DNA of 64,000 nucleotides from an uncultured Smithella sp. (lineage in GTDB: Bacteria > Desulfobacterota > Syntrophia > Syntrophales > Smithellaceae): contig CAZBGE010000002.1 of NCBI GenBank assembly GCA_964491435.1, positions 5,256-69,255 of the forward strand. The letters run 5' to 3'. Of this stretch, positions 40,350 through 49,799 are shown piece by piece. The translations under genes were made by a program, and so were the position numbers. The notes beneath the pieces are model-generated. The model ran no database searches. It was not told the origin of the DNA and saw only the letters and a program-made list of their open reading frames with translations. Numbering within the stretch: the first letter of the stretch is position 1; each line of letters starts with the position of its first letter.

Positions 40350-41930
40350 TTATTTTTCCAAATCCAGTTGATATCTGACCGGACCGCGGCATCCATTGCC
40401 GTATGTTTTATGAAGAGCATATTCCGTATCCGGATGCGACCAGGTCGTGGCAATGGCGCCATGTCCTTTAGGAAATGGCGTAACCTCCGCATCAATAAAA
40501 TCCAGCGCGGCCAGTGTGGTATCCTTATCAACCAGATCATCGCCCTCGCCATAGCAGATCAGCCACTTGATCCCTTTTTCTTTCATTCTCCTGAAATTAA
40601 GCGCTCTTCCGAATAATTTAACAGGAAGCGTTCCGTCGCCAGCTATGGGAATGGTGTAAGAATCAAAACTCATTTGCGTGATGGCCATAGGCAGGTCAAG
40701 GCGATCATAGGTCAACCAGTGCAGCAGCGCCGCAGCGGTTTTATTGACTTTTAATTTATCGCCGGCCCTGCTCATGCTCTGCACGGACGCCAAATCACGG
40801 CTGAACGTAACCAGAGGCGCTTCTTTGTCCATGCTTTTCAATTTATAAACCCAACTCATTACCTTACCGTCAACGACAAGATTTCCTGTAGGCATTTCTT
40901 TGGCAGCGTAACTCAAGTCGCGGAAACGCGGGGGAATATGTTGAAGATATTCAACAAGCGCCTTACTGCGCGTTCCGTCAATCGGCGCCACGCAGGTTAT
41001 TAAAGCATCCACCAGATTATCCAGCTCACCGGAAAGCAGATTACAGACGCAGATAAAACCTCCCTGGCAAAATCCGTTTAATGTTACCATTTTGTTATGT
41101 TTTTTCTTAATAATCTCACAGAAATATCTTGTATCGCGGGCGTCATCTTCTCCGGTCATGACTTGCAGCGCGTGATTCTGGTTAATATTCTTTAAAACCC
41201 GCATGTAAGTTGGAATGCCTTGATCGGCAAAAGCGTGGGCGTAGCTTTTCTTTTCGTCTGGTAAAAAGCCCAGAATATTCGCACCCAATACATAAGGGTG
41301 GACAATAATAACAGGTTTTGCCTTCGCGCGCACTTTGATATTTTTATTGCGGGAAAATACCTGATAGAGAGTAAAACGGTCTGTTTCGGCAATTTTCGTA
41401 TAACCGCCGTCATCGAAATGAAACCCAAATTCTTTTTTTACGTCCTGAACAGCCTGGGGAAACGCCCTAATTAAATTATCCAGTGATCTCAGGCTGTTTT
41501 TAGATACATCATTGATGTTTTCTCCATCAATGTTAAATAGAAATCTGATAAAGGCCGCCATGAATTTTTCTATCTGATCACGATGAAAATCGTGTGTTCC
41601 GGCGATGGATGGCGTTAAACTTTTTTCGGCAATCTGCATGTTGAATTTCAGCAGCTCAATGTAATCATTGATAGTTTCTAAAAAATGAACCTCCATAACC
41701 TTATTTTTTTCCTTGGTTAAAAAGGAATTGAGCGACGTCCAGAATGGAGTTGAAAATTCATTGAAATAAGAAAGAATTCCGAGACAGTATAACTGCTGAG
41801 CGCTCAGAGACTGCAATGATAGTTCCAAAATATCCTCAGGCATTTTCCGCGTTTTCTGCTGGTAGCCGGTTATTACTTCATGACTAATATCATTTAATTC
41901 TTTCAGATATTCTAAGGTTATGTTCACCAT
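40350..41930 (-). CDS. PHA synthase (PhaC)-like alpha/beta hydrolase with a long N-terminal extension
   Basis: 526 aa. The lipase-box variant 'GFCQGG' matches the PhaC G-x-C-x-G-G box. Downstream 'GEGDDLV' and 'KGHGAI' are candidates for the catalytic Asp and His. Confidence 0.6.
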   Translation of the reverse strand: MVNITLEYLKELNDISHEVITGYQQKTRKMPEDILELSLQSLSAQQLYCLGILSYFNEFSTPFWTSLNSFLTKEKNKVMEVHFLETINDYIELLKFNMQIAEKSLTPSIAGTHDFHRDQIEKFMAAFIRFLFNIDGENINDVSKNSLRSLDNLIRAFPQAVQDVKKEFGFHFDDGGYTKIAETDRFTLYQVFSRNKNIKVRAKAKPVIIVHPYVLGANILGFLPDEKKSYAHAFADQGIPTYMRVLKNINQNHALQVMTGEDDARDTRYFCEIIKKKHNKMVTLNGFCQGGFICVCNLLSGELDNLVDALITCVAPIDGTRSKALVEYLQHIPPRFRDLSYAAKEMPTGNLVVDGKVMSWVYKLKSMDKEAPLVTFSRDLASVQSMSRAGDKLKVNKTAAALLHWLTYDRLDLPMAITQMSFDSYTIPIAGDGTLPVKLFGRALNFRRMKEKGIKWLICYGEGDDLVDKDTTLAALDFIDAEVTPFPKGHGAIATTWSHPDTEYALHKTYGNGCRGPVRYQLDLEK

Positions 41931-41945
41931 TATCCATTCACCTTG

Positions 41946-42239
41946 TTATTTTCTGTCTTCTGGGGCTTTCGGCGCTACGCCTGAATTTGCAAAATATTCT
42001 TCAACTTTCTCAAAATTTTTATCAGCTTTGTCTTTAAAATCAATGAGCCCTTTTTTATAAATACCTATCCAATCATTAATGACCACCTTACCTTCAGATG
42101 GAATTCCATTACTGTGTATAAAAAAGATTTGCAGCATTTTCTCCGCCTGCTCCTGCATAATCGTTAAGGCTTTAAATGTATTATCAAAAGTCGCCTTGTG
42201 AAAATCACTGATTTGCTTAGCCATTATTATATTTTCCAT
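41946..42239 (-). CDS. Phasin-like small helical protein
   Basis: About 98 aa counting from ATG 42239 (GGGAGGT lies 10 nt upstream). 'FHKATFDNTFKALTIMQEQAEKML...DFKDKADKNFEKVEEYF' resembles phasin / PHA-regulator helices. It is 15 nt upstream of the phaC-like gene. Confidence 0.45.
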   Translation of the reverse strand: MENIIMAKQISDFHKATFDNTFKALTIMQEQAEKMLQIFFIHSNGIPSEGKVVINDWIGIYKKGLIDFKDKADKNFEKVEEYFANSGVAPKAPEDRK

Positions 42240-42503
42240 GGTTGATGTTACCTCCCGCCGGTTGTAAAAGTGCATGCAGACACATATAACAATTGCTGTG
42301 GCTATGTCAATAATAATGTTGCGGTGCAATAATTTACATATTTTCATTTCAGACAATGCAGCTAAATTTAATTAATAATATTATCAAATATTTATAATTA
42401 TTAAGTTGATTTATAAAACAGAGAGCATGCTTTAATGTCCAATCATTTGTTGCATTATTTCGTAAAAAAGCTTTTGCGGCGAAACTGACGATTGAACATG
42501 TCT

Positions 42504-44969
42504 TTATCCTGTTCTCGCCAGTTCAAGTTTTCCATGCCATTTTGCAATCAGAGCTTCTCTTAAAATAATATGTTCCGGTTTTGTCAGCAGCGGATCGCGC
42601 GCGACCAGGGCTAAAGCGTCTTCCCTGGCATCATTCAGAATCCGTGCGTCGCGGATAATGCTGGCGATGCGAAAATCAGGCAGACCGGATTGCCTTGTTC
42701 CCAAAAAATCACCTGGGCCGCGAATGGCCAGATCTTCTTCCGCTAACGCAAATCCATCAGTGGTTTTTTCCATAACTTTTAATCTTTTTCGCGCATCAAG
42801 GGAGACTTTGTAATCGGCAAGCAAAATACAAGTCGAGGGGATATCGCGCCTTCCAACACGACCACGGAGTTGATGGAGTTGGGATAACCCGAAACGTTCT
42901 GCGTGTTCGATCACTATGAGCGATGCGTGCGGCACATCAATTCCGACTTCGATCACGGTGGTCGCCACCAGAATGGAGATTTTCCGGTTCAGAAAATCCA
43001 GCATAACCGAATCTTTTTCCCTGTCTTTCATCTTGCCGTGAATTAATCCTACCTGGTACTCAGGGAAAATATCTTTCTGTAAATGCTCAGCCATTTTTGA
43101 AGCGTCTTTCAGATCCAGATTCTCCGACTGTTCCACCAGCGGATAAACAATGAACGTCTGGCGGCCTTTGGAGATTTCCCTATGGATGGTTTCGTAAACC
43201 GCCTGCCTCCTGTTTTCTCCCATTACAACCGTGCGCACTGGTTTCTTGCCGGGCGGCATTTCATCAATGACTGAAACATCCAAATCGCCGTAAACAGTCA
43301 TGGCCAGCGTGCGCGGAATGGGCGTGGCAGTCATGACCAGCACATCGGCGTGAATACCCTTGTTGCGCAGGGTTGCCCGCTGCATGACGCCAAATCGGTG
43401 CTGCTCGTCAATGACCACAAAGCCCAGCTTCCTGAAGTCAACATCCTCCTGAATAAGCGCATGCGTGCCAATGACAATATCGGCTTGGCCGGATCTGATT
43501 TGTTCCATCGTTTCATTGCGCACGGTATTGTTCATACCGCCAGTCAACAGAACAACTTTCAGATTGATGGGTCCGGCCCAAGTAGAAAGCGTTGTAAAGT
43601 GTTGTTTAGCCAGGATTTCCGTAGGCGCCATCAAGGCGGCCTGATAGCCGTTTTCACAAACCGTAATCATGGACGCCATCGCCACCAGCGTTTTACCGCT
43701 TCCCACATCGCCTTGCAGCAAACGGTTCATGGCCGTGGCTGATTGAAGATCTTTGTGAATTTCCGCGATGACTCTTCTTTGCGCTCCGGTCAACATAAAC
43801 GGCAGTGAAGCATAGAATTTTTCCAGTAAAGGACCATCCCGCAGAAAAGCAATCCCTTTGTCGAGAATGCGGCCGGATTTCTTAATCGCCATGCCCAGTT
43901 GAAAAAAGAAAAACTCGTCATAAATCAGCCGCCGGTGCGCCTCGGAACGTCCTTCCAGCAAAGATGGCAAGTGTGCGTCATTTCCGGGAAAGTGAACTGT
44001 CAGCAGTGCTTCGTGAATATTGAGCAAGTTTCGTTTGCGGACAAATTCCGGCGGAACCGGCGACGCGACATAGCGCGCATAATTTTCCAGCGCGGTATCC
44101 ATAACTTTACGGATATATTTCTGATGCAGTCCTTCCGTTTCGGAATAGACTGGCACGATGCGTTTGAAATTCAAAAGATTGTCTTCATCATTCTCTTCCA
44201 GAATTTCATAATCGGGATGAATCATGGATTTACCGGCATAATCGGGGGTTACCGGACCGGTAAAAATCACACGCGCTCCTTTTTTAAAGGTGTTGGTCAG
44301 GTAGGACATGCTGCCTTTAAACCATTTAGCCGTCAGATTGGCGGTGTTATCACTGACGACAACTTCCAGAATTCTTCTTTTACCGTAAAACTTGAATTCA
44401 TTGAGGATAACAGTTGCCATGATCGTTTGGATTTTCCCCGTTTCCAGTTTATATATTTTACGAATTTCCCTGCGATCTTGATATGTTCTAGGTAAATAAT
44501 AAAGTAAATCTTCAACCGTAATGATTTTTTTTATTGAAAAACGAACGGCCATTTTCGGGCCAACGCCCTTAAGAAACTGCACTGGCGCTGAAAGTTTTTC
44601 ATTCGATAGCCTCAACTCCATAATTCTCTCATGGATTTGTTCCTCATGTAGCGGAGAGACAGGCTTACCAGCGTCGATAGTATCGGCAACATTGATGATT
44701 CTTTCAAGAATTTGCTTCGCTTCCGATATTTTTGCTTTCTTGACGGTGATATCCTGCGCATCGTAGTCAGAAAATATTTGCAGTATATTATCCATGGGAG
44801 GTTCAAATCTGTTGTTGAACGCAGGTGGAATGGCGGCAATCTGCTGACTCACCAAACTGGTCATCGATTTGCCCAATTCTCTGATATGAGGCAGATTTTT
44901 AAAGTCATCTTTTGCGGCAAAGCTTAAAGGCTGTCCGATTTTCTGCAGCTTGATTTTAAATGACTCCAT
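42504..44969 (-). CDS. recG: ATP-dependent DNA helicase RecG
   Basis: Motifs 'GDVGSGKT', 'DEQHRFG', 'MTATPIPRT', 'QLRGRVGR'. ATG 44969 (GGAGA 5 nt upstream) preferred over TTG 45035. Confidence 0.9.
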   Translation of the reverse strand: MESFKIKLQKIGQPLSFAAKDDFKNLPHIRELGKSMTSLVSQQIAAIPPAFNNRFEPPMDNILQIFSDYDAQDITVKKAKISEAKQILERIINVADTIDAGKPVSPLHEEQIHERIMELRLSNEKLSAPVQFLKGVGPKMAVRFSIKKIITVEDLLYYLPRTYQDRREIRKIYKLETGKIQTIMATVILNEFKFYGKRRILEVVVSDNTANLTAKWFKGSMSYLTNTFKKGARVIFTGPVTPDYAGKSMIHPDYEILEENDEDNLLNFKRIVPVYSETEGLHQKYIRKVMDTALENYARYVASPVPPEFVRKRNLLNIHEALLTVHFPGNDAHLPSLLEGRSEAHRRLIYDEFFFFQLGMAIKKSGRILDKGIAFLRDGPLLEKFYASLPFMLTGAQRRVIAEIHKDLQSATAMNRLLQGDVGSGKTLVAMASMITVCENGYQAALMAPTEILAKQHFTTLSTWAGPINLKVVLLTGGMNNTVRNETMEQIRSGQADIVIGTHALIQEDVDFRKLGFVVIDEQHRFGVMQRATLRNKGIHADVLVMTATPIPRTLAMTVYGDLDVSVIDEMPPGKKPVRTVVMGENRRQAVYETIHREISKGRQTFIVYPLVEQSENLDLKDASKMAEHLQKDIFPEYQVGLIHGKMKDREKDSVMLDFLNRKISILVATTVIEVGIDVPHASLIVIEHAERFGLSQLHQLRGRVGRRDIPSTCILLADYKVSLDARKRLKVMEKTTDGFALAEEDLAIRGPGDFLGTRQSGLPDFRIASIIRDARILNDAREDALALVARDPLLTKPEHIILREALIAKWHGKLELARTG

Positions 44970-45062
44970 TTTAGTCTCCGGAATACTTCGGGCTGGATTC
45001 ACAAATTTTATGAAATTATTTGTTTTCGTTAACAAACAATTCTTGTTTCCGCAAGCTTATGA

Positions 45063-45091
45063 TTGACACAAACGCTGTTTTACGTTAGAGT
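45063..45091 (+). promoter_or_regulatory. Sigma70-like promoter upstream of purM-purN
   Basis: TTGACA (45063..45068), 17-nt spacer, TAGAGT (45086..45091). Confidence 0.5.
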
Positions 45092-45142
45092 TTGACTATC
45101 AAACTTCGCTTGAAGAATTTAACATCATAAAAATGGAGTCTT

Positions 45143-46201
45143 ATGACAACAGAATCCGTAAAATCCACCTATAAGGAAGCAGGCGTCGATATTGACACAG
45201 CCAATGCGTTTGTCGATCGCATTAAACCACTGATTAAAACAACGGCGCGCAAGGAATTGCTCTCCGGCATCGGCGGTTTTGGGGGATTGTTCCGTTTTGA
45301 TGCAGCCAAAATGAAAAATCCGATTCTGGTTTCTTCAACCGATGGAGTGGGCACAAAACTTAAGATAGCTCAATTAATGGATAAACACGACAGCATCGGC
45401 ATCGACCTGGTGGCCATGTCGGCCAACGACGTCATTGTTCAGGGGGCGGAGCCACTCTTTTTCCTTGATTATCTGTCCACGGGGAAAATCGAACTGGAAA
45501 AGAGCGTGCGGATTGTCGATGGAATTGTTCAGGGTTGCAGGCAGGCCGGCTGTACACTACTGGGAGGTGAAACGGCGGAAATGCCGGGATTTTATCAAGC
45601 AGGCGAATATGATCTGGCCGGATTCTGCGTGGGGGTTGTCGATCAGGAAAAACTCATTGACGGTTCCACCATCAGCATTAACGACCGGGTCATCGGTCTT
45701 GCATCCAGCGGTTTGCACAGCAACGGCTTTTCACTGGCCCGCAAGGTGCTTTTGGGAAAAGGCAGGTTTTCTGTAAATGATTCGGCGCCGGGACTTTCCA
45801 GAACAGTTGGCGAGGAACTGCTGGAACCGACGCGGATTTACGTGAAAACCCTTTTAAATATAATCAAAAACTTCAACATCAAGGGACTGATTCATATCAC
45901 GGGCGGCGGTTTTTACGACAATATTCCCCGCATTATTCCTGATGTCTGCCGCTGTGTCATCCACAGCAAAAGTTGGGAGATTCCGCCGATTTTTTCCGTT
46001 ATTCAGAATATTGGGCATGTTGAAGAAAAAGAGATGTTCCGTGTTTTCAATATGGGTATCGGCATGATGATGATCGTGTCGGAAAAAGATGCGCAGGAAA
46101 TTCTGGAGCGCCTGAAGGCGATGGAGGAAAGCGCCTACCTGATCGGCGTGATTGAGAAAAAGGAACCGGATCAGGCTTCGGTTTGTTTCTCGGAGATGTA
46201 G
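45143..46201 (+). CDS. purM: Phosphoribosylformylglycinamidine cyclo-ligase (AIR synthetase)
   Basis: 352 aa with motifs 'YKEAGVDID', 'GIGGFGGLF', 'STDGVGTK', 'GGETAEMPG'. Confidence 0.95.
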   Translation: MTTESVKSTYKEAGVDIDTANAFVDRIKPLIKTTARKELLSGIGGFGGLFRFDAAKMKNPILVSSTDGVGTKLKIAQLMDKHDSIGIDLVAMSANDVIVQGAEPLFFLDYLSTGKIELEKSVRIVDGIVQGCRQAGCTLLGGETAEMPGFYQAGEYDLAGFCVGVVDQEKLIDGSTISINDRVIGLASSGLHSNGFSLARKVLLGKGRFSVNDSAPGLSRTVGEELLEPTRIYVKTLLNIIKNFNIKGLIHITGGGFYDNIPRIIPDVCRCVIHSKSWEIPPIFSVIQNIGHVEEKEMFRVFNMGIGMMMIVSEKDAQEILERLKAMEESAYLIGVIEKKEPDQASVCFSEM

Positions 46202-46211
46202 CGATAAATCT

Positions 46212-46874
46212 ATGACTGAACTCTTAAAACTGGGCATTCTCATCTCCGGCGGCGGCTCCAATCTTCAGTCCATCATCGATCATATTGAACAAGGAACGCT
46301 TCCGGCCCAAATCAAACTTGTCATCAGCAACAATGACGAAGCCTATGGTCTGATCAGAGCTAAAAATCATGGCATTCCCTGCGTGGTTTTAAACCATCAG
46401 GACTTTGCCGGCCGGGAAGATTTCGATCGCGAACTGGTCCGTCTTCTGCAAGAGGCAGGAGTCGAACTCATCGTGCTGGCCGGATTTATGCGGATTCTCA
46501 CCCCATCCTTCTTACGCGCCTTTCCCCAGAAAATTATCAATATTCACCCTGCCCTGCTGCCCGCTTTTCCCGGCACACACGTCCAGCAGAAAGCAATCGA
46601 TTACGGCGTTAAATTTTCCGGCTGCACCGTTCATTTTATCGATGAAGGCGTGGATACAGGCCCTGTCATTATTCAAGCTGTTGTCCCGGTGCTCCCTGAC
46701 GATGATGCGGAGACGCTGGCGGCCAGAATACTAAAGGAAGAACATAAAATTTACCCACAGGCGATCCGTTATTTTGCGGAAAGCCGAATCGTCAAAAGCG
46801 GCCGTCATGTGAGCATCAGAAGTGCCCAGGTCATTGACGCCGCCGCAGTGCATAATCCGCCACTGGACCATTAA
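46212..46874 (+). CDS. purN: Phosphoribosylglycinamide formyltransferase
   Basis: Motifs 'LGILISGGGSNLQ', 'LAGFMRIL', 'INIHPALLPAFPG', 'GCTVHFIDEGVDTGP'. ATG 46212 preferred over the 5'-extended ORF. Confidence 0.9.
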   Translation: MTELLKLGILISGGGSNLQSIIDHIEQGTLPAQIKLVISNNDEAYGLIRAKNHGIPCVVLNHQDFAGREDFDRELVRLLQEAGVELIVLAGFMRILTPSFLRAFPQKIINIHPALLPAFPGTHVQQKAIDYGVKFSGCTVHFIDEGVDTGPVIIQAVVPVLPDDDAETLAARILKEEHKIYPQAIRYFAESRIVKSGRHVSIRSAQVIDAAAVHNPPLDH

Positions 46875-46916
46875 CCGGCGTTTTTATCGGCCTGTGTTGG
46901 AGGAAAATATTAGTTT

Positions 46917-48365
46917 GTGTATGATCTGGTTGTCATAGGCGATGACCTTGCCTCTCATGTCTCGGCTGCTTTCGCTGGTCAAAACGGCCTCCGGACGCTG
47001 CTGATTGCGGAGAGCGGACTGGGCGGTTTGCAACTGATCGACGATTTTGTTTTCAATATTGATTCCACGCCGCTTTCCGGCTTGGGACCAGATCAAACGG
47101 GCTTTTCCATATTATCTGAACTGGACATTGCGCTGCCCGAAAATCATGCCGGTTCCATTACTCCCGCCTATCAGATTATTCTTCCCGAGCATCGCATTGA
47201 TTTCTTCAATGACGCGGATTTGCTCAAGGCTGACCTGGCCCGGGAATTTCCCGAACAGGCGCAGGATATCAGCGACTTCTACGATATGGCCATGGAAGCC
47301 TCATCCGTCTTCCGGGACTGGATCGCCGCACATCCGCAAATTCAACCGCGGAACTTAAAGGAATATTTTGAATACCTGAAAATATATCCTGAGATCTTTA
47401 AGTATAAATACGGAGTCATTAAATTTGATAAAATCCTGTCGCAGGATGCCTCTCTGGAAAAAGTATGGGAAGCGCAGCAAGCGCTGCTTTCCTTCAATAT
47501 CGCTGACTTGTTTTCCTTTGCTTCGGCTTTTCAATATTGCGCACCGCTGCGCGGTGTTTCCTACTTCCCGTCCGGAAAACAGTTTTTATTCAACGCACTG
47601 ATCGAGAAACTGGAATCAAACAAGGGGTTGTATCTCAACAACTGTCAGGTAACTTCCATTACAGGACATCAAATAGTCGAACTGGAAATGATGATGCCGG
47701 ACGGTGCAATATCCAAAGCGTCGGGACAAAATCTGATCGTCAGCACAAAATCTGATAAACTGTCCATGATTCAGGGCGGTAATAAACATCTCCATTTTTC
47801 AGACTGGATCCGTCCGGCAAAAATCGTTTATTATCCTTTTACAATTTTTCTGGGTGTTTCCGAAAAATGCTTGCCCGAACAGCTTGCCCGGCATGTCGCC
47901 CTGGTCGCGGATATCACGAAAGACATTTATGATGACAATTTAATTATTCTGGAAACAAGTCTTCCTGAAAAAAATAAGCCTCTCTCTTCCGCGATGACAT
48001 CTTTTTCCGCCACAGTTTACCTTTCCGGGTTAACAGAAAACTGGACGCCGGACGCCCTGCAACGCACGGCAGATTCGATTCTAAAAAGGCTTGAAGTTTT
48101 CTTTCCGTTTTTGCAGGAAAATATCGTGCTTCAAAATCTTGATAAATCCATAGACATATCAACCGATTATCGAAAAGTTGTGAATCCCAGGTTAAAGGTG
48201 CGCAACGCCTTCTTTACCTCGTTTGCCGCCAAAAACCACAAAACACGGTTTAAAAATGTTTTTCTCACAGGCGCGTCCTTGCTTTCGGACGCCGGTTTTG
48301 ACGCGGAGATGATCTCGGGCCGGAACGCCGCCATGCAAGTATTAAAGAAAGGGAAACCATTATGA
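46917..48365 (+). CDS. Phytoene-desaturase/CrtI-like oxidoreductase homologue with a degenerate dinucleotide-binding motif
   Basis: 482 aa with a GTG start. N-terminus 'YDLVVIGDDLASHVSAAFAGQNG' stands in place of GxGxxG. C-terminus 'VFLTGASLLSDAGFDAEMISGRNAA' resembles the CrtI family tail. Confidence 0.55.
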   Translation: MYDLVVIGDDLASHVSAAFAGQNGLRTLLIAESGLGGLQLIDDFVFNIDSTPLSGLGPDQTGFSILSELDIALPENHAGSITPAYQIILPEHRIDFFNDADLLKADLAREFPEQAQDISDFYDMAMEASSVFRDWIAAHPQIQPRNLKEYFEYLKIYPEIFKYKYGVIKFDKILSQDASLEKVWEAQQALLSFNIADLFSFASAFQYCAPLRGVSYFPSGKQFLFNALIEKLESNKGLYLNNCQVTSITGHQIVELEMMMPDGAISKASGQNLIVSTKSDKLSMIQGGNKHLHFSDWIRPAKIVYYPFTIFLGVSEKCLPEQLARHVALVADITKDIYDDNLIILETSLPEKNKPLSSAMTSFSATVYLSGLTENWTPDALQRTADSILKRLEVFFPFLQENIVLQNLDKSIDISTDYRKVVNPRLKVRNAFFTSFAAKNHKTRFKNVFLTGASLLSDAGFDAEMISGRNAAMQVLKKGKPL

Positions 48366-49663
48366 AACATGACTTTACCATTGCTAATCTTGGTGACTGC
48401 CAAATCGGTTCTCCTCTGAATATCAGCAGTTTTATTTCAGATCATGACCGGATTTTATTTCAAAACAGTCTTGCCAGTTATGAAGAATTTCTGGATGCTT
48501 CGGGAAAGCCTCTGTCCGTGGAACAGGCCGGCCCCCGGAAAAGGATTTTCTTTGATCCTTCCCGGACAACAGCGGCTATTGTTACTTGCGGCGGGCTCTG
48601 TCCGGGCATTAATGATGTCATCCGTTCGGTAACCATGACGCTTTTTTACCGTTACGGAGTCAAAAATATTCTTGGTATCCAATATGGATTGCGTGGGTTG
48701 AATCCTTCGTACGGCAGCAAACCCATACAGTTAACACCTGATTTTGTAAAAGATATCACTTACATCGGCGGCAGCATCCTTTCATCATCCCGGGGGCCAC
48801 AGGATCCGGCGATTATGGTGGATTATCTGGAGAGCAGGAAAATCAACATTCTTTTCTGTGTCGGCGGCGATGGAACCATGCGCGCCGCGGAAAAACTGAC
48901 GGCGGAAATCACCGCCAGAAATGCAAAGATCGCCGTCATCGGCATTCCCAAAACGATTGATAACGATCTCAACCTGATTGAAAAATCCTTCGGATTTGAC
49001 ACTGCCATTGCCAAAACCGTGGAAGCCGTCCGTAGCGCGCACGTGGAAGCCAAAGGCGCCTATAATGGCATCGGTCTGGTGAAAATAATGGGACGTTTAT
49101 CCGGCTACATCACGGCCACGGCGGCTCTGGCTCAGGGAGACGCGAACTTTGTGCTGATTCCCGAAGCGCCTTTTGATTTGTATGGAGAAAACGGATTCCT
49201 GAAATCCCTCCAGAAAAGAATAAAGGATAGCGGGCATGCCGTGATTCTCGTCGCGGAAGGCGCAGGACAGGAGCTGATGAGACAGGAATCAGATGAGCAA
49301 AAAACCGATCCATCAGGCAATATCCGTCTGCACGACATCGGTCTTTTTCTGAAAAACGCTATTGAAAATCATTTCCGGGAGAATCATCAGGAAATCAATC
49401 TGAAATATATAGAACCCAGCTATATGATCCGTTCCGTTCCGGCCAACGCCTCGGACAGCATTTACTGCAGCTCGCTGGGGCAATACTCCGTCCATGCGGC
49501 GATGGCGGGCAAAACCGGCCTTCTTGTCGCCCTGCGCAAGGAAGAATATGTCCATCTTCCCTTGTCTGCAGCTATTTCCGGCAGACGGATCGATCCCCGG
49601 GGGAATGTCTGGCTTCGGGTGCTGGAAACCACTGGTCAACCGGCAGAAATGAGAAACGGATAA
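48362..49663 (+). CDS. pfk: 6-phosphofructokinase (long PfkA-family enzyme)
   Basis: 433 aa with motifs 'TCGGLCPGINDVIR', 'GGSILSSSRG', 'VGGDGTMR', 'IGIPKTIDNDL', 'FGFDTA'. Its start overlaps the upstream stop (ATGA). Confidence 0.9.
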   Translation: MKHDFTIANLGDCQIGSPLNISSFISDHDRILFQNSLASYEEFLDASGKPLSVEQAGPRKRIFFDPSRTTAAIVTCGGLCPGINDVIRSVTMTLFYRYGVKNILGIQYGLRGLNPSYGSKPIQLTPDFVKDITYIGGSILSSSRGPQDPAIMVDYLESRKINILFCVGGDGTMRAAEKLTAEITARNAKIAVIGIPKTIDNDLNLIEKSFGFDTAIAKTVEAVRSAHVEAKGAYNGIGLVKIMGRLSGYITATAALAQGDANFVLIPEAPFDLYGENGFLKSLQKRIKDSGHAVILVAEGAGQELMRQESDEQKTDPSGNIRLHDIGLFLKNAIENHFRENHQEINLKYIEPSYMIRSVPANASDSIYCSSLGQYSVHAAMAGKTGLLVALRKEEYVHLPLSAAISGRRIDPRGNVWLRVLETTGQPAEMRNG

Positions 49664-49799
49664 TCATTGTCCTCAAGAAGAAATCCTTTTTTAAAAGAAT
49701 TGATGCAAATTGGTTTTAAGTCCGACGACCAATTGACTTTTAAAAACAGTTAAAGTAGAGAGTTTAAAATTTATATTCTTTATACGCAGGATACATGTA

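Noticed and set aside
42240-42356. A 39-codon N-terminal extension of the phasin-like ORF (ORF-track start at 42356)
   Set aside because: The extension is Cys/Ile-rich and hydrophobic and lies in AT-rich promoter-like DNA. A strong GGGAGGT RBS precedes the internal ATG at 42239.
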